Part shown: positions 61,001-64,000 of the stretch, piece by piece
Position numbering within the stretch: position 1 is the first letter of the stretch
How the letters are laid out: each line of letters starts with the position of its first letter
Assembly: GCA_965208905.1 (NCBI GenBank)
Contig: OZ242365.1
Location: 1,152,001 to 1,216,000 of the forward strand
Reading direction: 5' to 3'
Length of the DNA stretch: 64,000 nt
Origin: Nitrosopumilaceae archaeon
GTDB lineage: Archaea; Thermoproteota; Nitrososphaeria; Nitrososphaerales; Nitrosopumilaceae
Notes under the pieces: model-generated
The model's database searches: none
Told to the model about the DNA's origin: nothing
The model's input: only the letters and a program-made list of their open reading frames with translations
Program-made: the position numbers and the translations under genes

Positions 61001-61933
61001 CTAACTTATCAGTTGCTCATATGTCAACCGCTTGCCAATCATGCCCCTTGCCAAACTTATCATCATGTCTTCAGTGTCTAGATTTCGTATGTTTAAACGG
61101 CCAGCAAACTCATTGACATACCTGTGCAGGTGCTTTGCCGACACATGATGGAATGTACCGTAATAGCCACGCTTTAACAAAGCCCAAAAGGATTCTATGC
61201 CGTTAGTGTGCGCCATGCCGTTGACATATTGACTTACCGAATGATTAACCACTTCGTGATTTGGTAAACTCTTGTATGCTCTATGCTCATCCGTATAATG
61301 GGTACTGCCCGACTTGACATTGTCTTTAATAAATTTGCCAAGTCGAGCAGATGTGGTCTCATTTACGGGTTCGGCTCTTATATCACCTGTCTTTCTATCT
61401 TTGATACCTACAACTGCGGTTTTGTTTGCACCGCCTTGACTGTGGGGTTGTTTCTTTGTACTGTGTTTGTTCTTTTCCTTGCCACCGATATAGGTCTCAT
61501 CTATTTCGACTGGACCTTCCAGTTTGTCAATACCTGCCAATGTTTGCCATGATTCACGCAAACGCTGAACCATGAACCATGCTGAACTTTGGGATATGCC
61601 TAAGTCTCTGTGTAGTTTCATTGATGATATACCCTTGACATTAGTCATAAACTGGTATGTTGCGATTGCCCAATGCTGGTATGATATTTTGGATTGTTGC
61701 ATTACAGTGCCGACTTTGACTGAAAAATACGTTTTGCACTTACTACAATAGTATGGCATCTTTGGATGTTTACATTCTATGGTATCATCATGTTTGCAGT
61801 TGGGACATTTACGGCCATCTCTCCATATGTGGCTTTCAAACCACTTCATGGATGTATGATTGTCTGGAAACATCTTTAGTAAATCTATTAGTGTGATTCC
61901 TTCCCTGTGTGATTTGCCTGGTGCTTGTTGCAT
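61001..61933 (-). CDS. IS1595-family (ISXO2-like) DDE transposase
   Basis: CPNC...YYCSKC Zn finger, GISSMKLHRDLG HTH, EIDETYIGG, TDE, HTNGIESFW; TTTATAT about 25 nt before the ATG at 61933. Confidence 0.95.
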   Translation of the reverse strand: MQQAPGKSHREGITLIDLLKMFPDNHTSMKWFESHIWRDGRKCPNCKHDDTIECKHPKMPYYCSKCKTYFSVKVGTVMQQSKISYQHWAIATYQFMTNVKGISSMKLHRDLGISQSSAWFMVQRLRESWQTLAGIDKLEGPVEIDETYIGGKEKNKHSTKKQPHSQGGANKTAVVGIKDRKTGDIRAEPVNETTSARLGKFIKDNVKSGSTHYTDEHRAYKSLPNHEVVNHSVSQYVNGMAHTNGIESFWALLKRGYYGTFHHVSAKHLHRYVNEFAGRLNIRNLDTEDMMISLARGMIGKRLTYEQLIS

Positions 61934-62033
61934 GTAATACCTTAGATTCATAGGGCATATAAATCCTACCCATCACTATAATTCCCAAAAAAATCCTCAA
62001 CACCAACGATATAATTTGAACATAGATGCAATT

Positions 62034-63425
62034 TTACTCTTTTAATAACTCTCCAAGTATGCGTAAAACCTCCTGTGGGTCGGCAGCACCACGAGTCTCT
62101 CTCATTATGATGCCTACTAAATAATTGATGGCCGGCGGATTTATACGAGCCTCATGCGCAGCCTGAGGCTCCTTCTGTAATGTGTCTGATATTATATCGT
62201 ATAATTTGGAGGTATCATAACTACTCGCGTCAAGTATGTCATCTATGTCTCCACCTTTTTTTGCTATTTTGTATAATACATCCTTGGCTACGGCCCTTGT
62301 AATTTTATTACTCTTTATCAACGTGGCAATCTTTGATAGATGCTCTGCAGTAATCTGTGAGGCGGCACGTTTCTCCCGAGTATCCATAACCCCCATAAAA
62401 TCAGTGGTTAGAATATTGGCTATTATTAAAGCCGTCTCCGGCGTTAGAGCCTCTTCGAATAAGCGACAACAACGTGTATCTGATATGAGCACATTGGCTA
62501 CCTGCGGTTTTATATTATACTGTTTGATGTATCGCTCCCGACGCGCTGTGGTACTCTCGGGCATATTGGCGGATATCTCTTTTATTGTATCATCATCTAA
62601 ATCCACCCAAGGAATATCTGCCTCTAAAAAGTACCTATAGTCAAGCTCTGCCTCCTTTGTACGAGACGATATTGTAATTCGACGGCGCTCGTCCCAATGC
62701 CGTGTCTCTTGTTGTATTGTAATGTTGTTCTCGTATAGACTGCTCTGTCGTGTTAGTTCATAATGTAGGGCTTTTTCCAGATCGTGGAATGAGTTGATGT
62801 TTTTAATCTCTACTTTGTTTCCGTCATGCACTGAAACATTTCCATCGGCGCGCATAGCACCATCCAGATACGGGTCTGCTATGTCTAGATTCTTTATGGT
62901 GTCTGCCAGCATATTCATAAAACTGCGTGCCTGTCGCGGACTGTCAAAGTCCGGCTCAGTTACAATCTCTACTAGTGGAACACCTGCCCTGTTGTAATCC
63001 ACAAGCGTTGTCTGGCGACCATCGTTGCCTCCTTCATATGTGAGCCTACCGGGATCCTCCTCCAACTGTATACGTCTGATGCGAATCTCTGTACCATCAT
63101 CTGTATTTACTGTGCCGTTACCGCCTATACTGGTGTGACCATATGCATCAAACTGTGTTATTTGATAGTTCTTTGGCAGGTCGGGATAAAAGTAGTTCTT
63201 GCGAAAGAAGGCCAGACTCTCTGGTGTAGTGCAGTTTAGTGACATGGCCAGAGCAACTCCATGTCGTACTGCCTCTGAGTTTAGCAAAGGCAGCGTACCG
63301 GGCAGTCCCAAACATATGGGACATGTATTGGAGTTTGGTGCCATACCTCTGTAGTTGGCCTTGCATGGACAGAACAACTTTGACTGTAATCGGGTCAACT
63401 GACAGTGTATCTCTAGTCCTATTAT
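62034..63425 (-). CDS. gatB: Asp/Glu-tRNA amidotransferase subunit B (probable ATA start)
   Basis: IGLEIHCQL, PGTLP, RKNYFYPDLPKNYQITQ, DYNRAGVPLVEIVTEPD; conserved N-terminus extends upstream of the TTG called in the ORF track. Confidence 0.95.
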   Translation of the reverse strand: MIGLEIHCQLTRLQSKLFCPCKANYRGMAPNSNTCPICLGLPGTLPLLNSEAVRHGVALAMSLNCTTPESLAFFRKNYFYPDLPKNYQITQFDAYGHTSIGGNGTVNTDDGTEIRIRRIQLEEDPGRLTYEGGNDGRQTTLVDYNRAGVPLVEIVTEPDFDSPRQARSFMNMLADTIKNLDIADPYLDGAMRADGNVSVHDGNKVEIKNINSFHDLEKALHYELTRQSSLYENNITIQQETRHWDERRRITISSRTKEAELDYRYFLEADIPWVDLDDDTIKEISANMPESTTARRERYIKQYNIKPQVANVLISDTRCCRLFEEALTPETALIIANILTTDFMGVMDTREKRAASQITAEHLSKIATLIKSNKITRAVAKDVLYKIAKKGGDIDDILDASSYDTSKLYDIISDTLQKEPQAAHEARINPPAINYLVGIIMRETRGAADPQEVLRILGELLKE

Positions 63426-64000
63426 TGCGTATCATCCCCTAATATGTGGCTAAACTGTAGCAGCTTGGCATCCTCCATGGAGTTGGCCATTATCTGTATG
63501 CCCACTGGCAGGCCATCGACTACACCATATGGTATTGATATGGCAGGCTTGCCGGTTAAATTAGCGGTAACTGTATTTATATCAACTAAAAACATGGATA
63601 CCGGATCATCGATCTTTTCACCTATGCGAAATGGCAGTATGGGAACTGTAACTGATATCAAATAATCATACTCCTCAAACGTCCTGTTTATCTCACGCGT
63701 TAATCTACTCTTTACCTTTAGAGCCTTTAAAAAGTACCTACCTGCATATCCTGCCGAAGGAACAAAACCACCCGCTATCATACGACGTTTTACTTCAGCA
63801 CCAAATCTTGCTCGTGCTTTTGTTACATATTGATGATACTCGTACCCTGTATAGTCCATGTCGTATCCGTATCGTATGTTGTCGTATCTTGCTAGATTGC
63901 TGGCCACTTCTGTGGATGTTATTGTATAATATGCAGCGACAGAGTAGTCCACCATCTCTAATGAGACCTCATCACACTGACATCCGTGTGACGACAACTC
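63422..64000 (-). CDS. gatA: Amidotransferase subunit A, 3' part
   Basis: SNLARYD, FGAEVKRR, ANLTGKPAISIP, GLPVGIQI. Confidence 0.93.
   Translation of the reverse strand, partial: ELSSHGCQCDEVSLEMVDYSVAAYYTITSTEVASNLARYDNIRYGYDMDYTGYEYHQYVTKARARFGAEVKRRMIAGGFVPSAGYAGRYFLKALKVKSRLTREINRTFEEYDYLISVTVPILPFRIGEKIDDPVSMFLVDINTVTANLTGKPAISIPYGVVDGLPVGIQIMANSMEDAKLLQFSHILGDDTQ

Larger units (their letters stand above)
59856..61986 (-). mobile_element. IS1595-family transporter element (2,131 bp) with RNA and small-ORF cargo
   Basis: Perfect 24-bp TIR GGGAATTATAGTGATGGGTAGGAT at 59856-59879 and 61963-61986; 8-bp TSD AAAAAAAT at 59848-59855 and 61987-61994. Confidence 0.95.

Noticed and set aside
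819-63665. Numerous short antisense or out-of-frame ORFs in the six-frame track
   Set aside because: They overlap well-supported genes and lack motifs or promoters

Overview
Archaeal chromosomal segment. Gene content and protein sequences point to an ammonia-oxidising Nitrosopumilaceae (Thaumarchaeota/Nitrososphaerota) genome of roughly 40% GC by eye; the many IS remnants and long spacers hint at a host-associated lineage (inference). Most of the window is housekeeping: rpl18, argF, ftsY, pfdA, cofG/cofH, pgk, sufBD-Rieske-sufSU, rpl10e, tRNA endonuclease, pckA, sod, pepA, nadC, rpo7/spt4, mrp, mqnC/ubiD, thyX, nurA-herA-mre11-rad50 and gatAB, plus tRNA-Leu(CAA, intron) and tRNA-Gly(GCC). Mobile DNA comprises an intact IS481 with a 15-bp TSD, a GC-rich solute-binding gene next to tRNA-Leu, a 105-bp and a 319-bp MITE, and an IS5-type pseudogene. 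The standout is a 2,131-bp IS1595-family element (59856-61986; perfect 24-bp TIRs, 8-bp TSD) with about 1.1 kb of RNA-rich cargo. The cargo includes two homologous pseudoknot RNAs with compensatory base changes, each behind its own TATA box, and a third structured leader fused to a tRNA with an archaeal tRNA-Ser body (G73, long V-arm) but a Leu CAA anticodon. It also holds one or two small ORFs, one enriched in the TTG codon that this tRNA reads. All calls come from reading the sequence by eye; no database searches were run.
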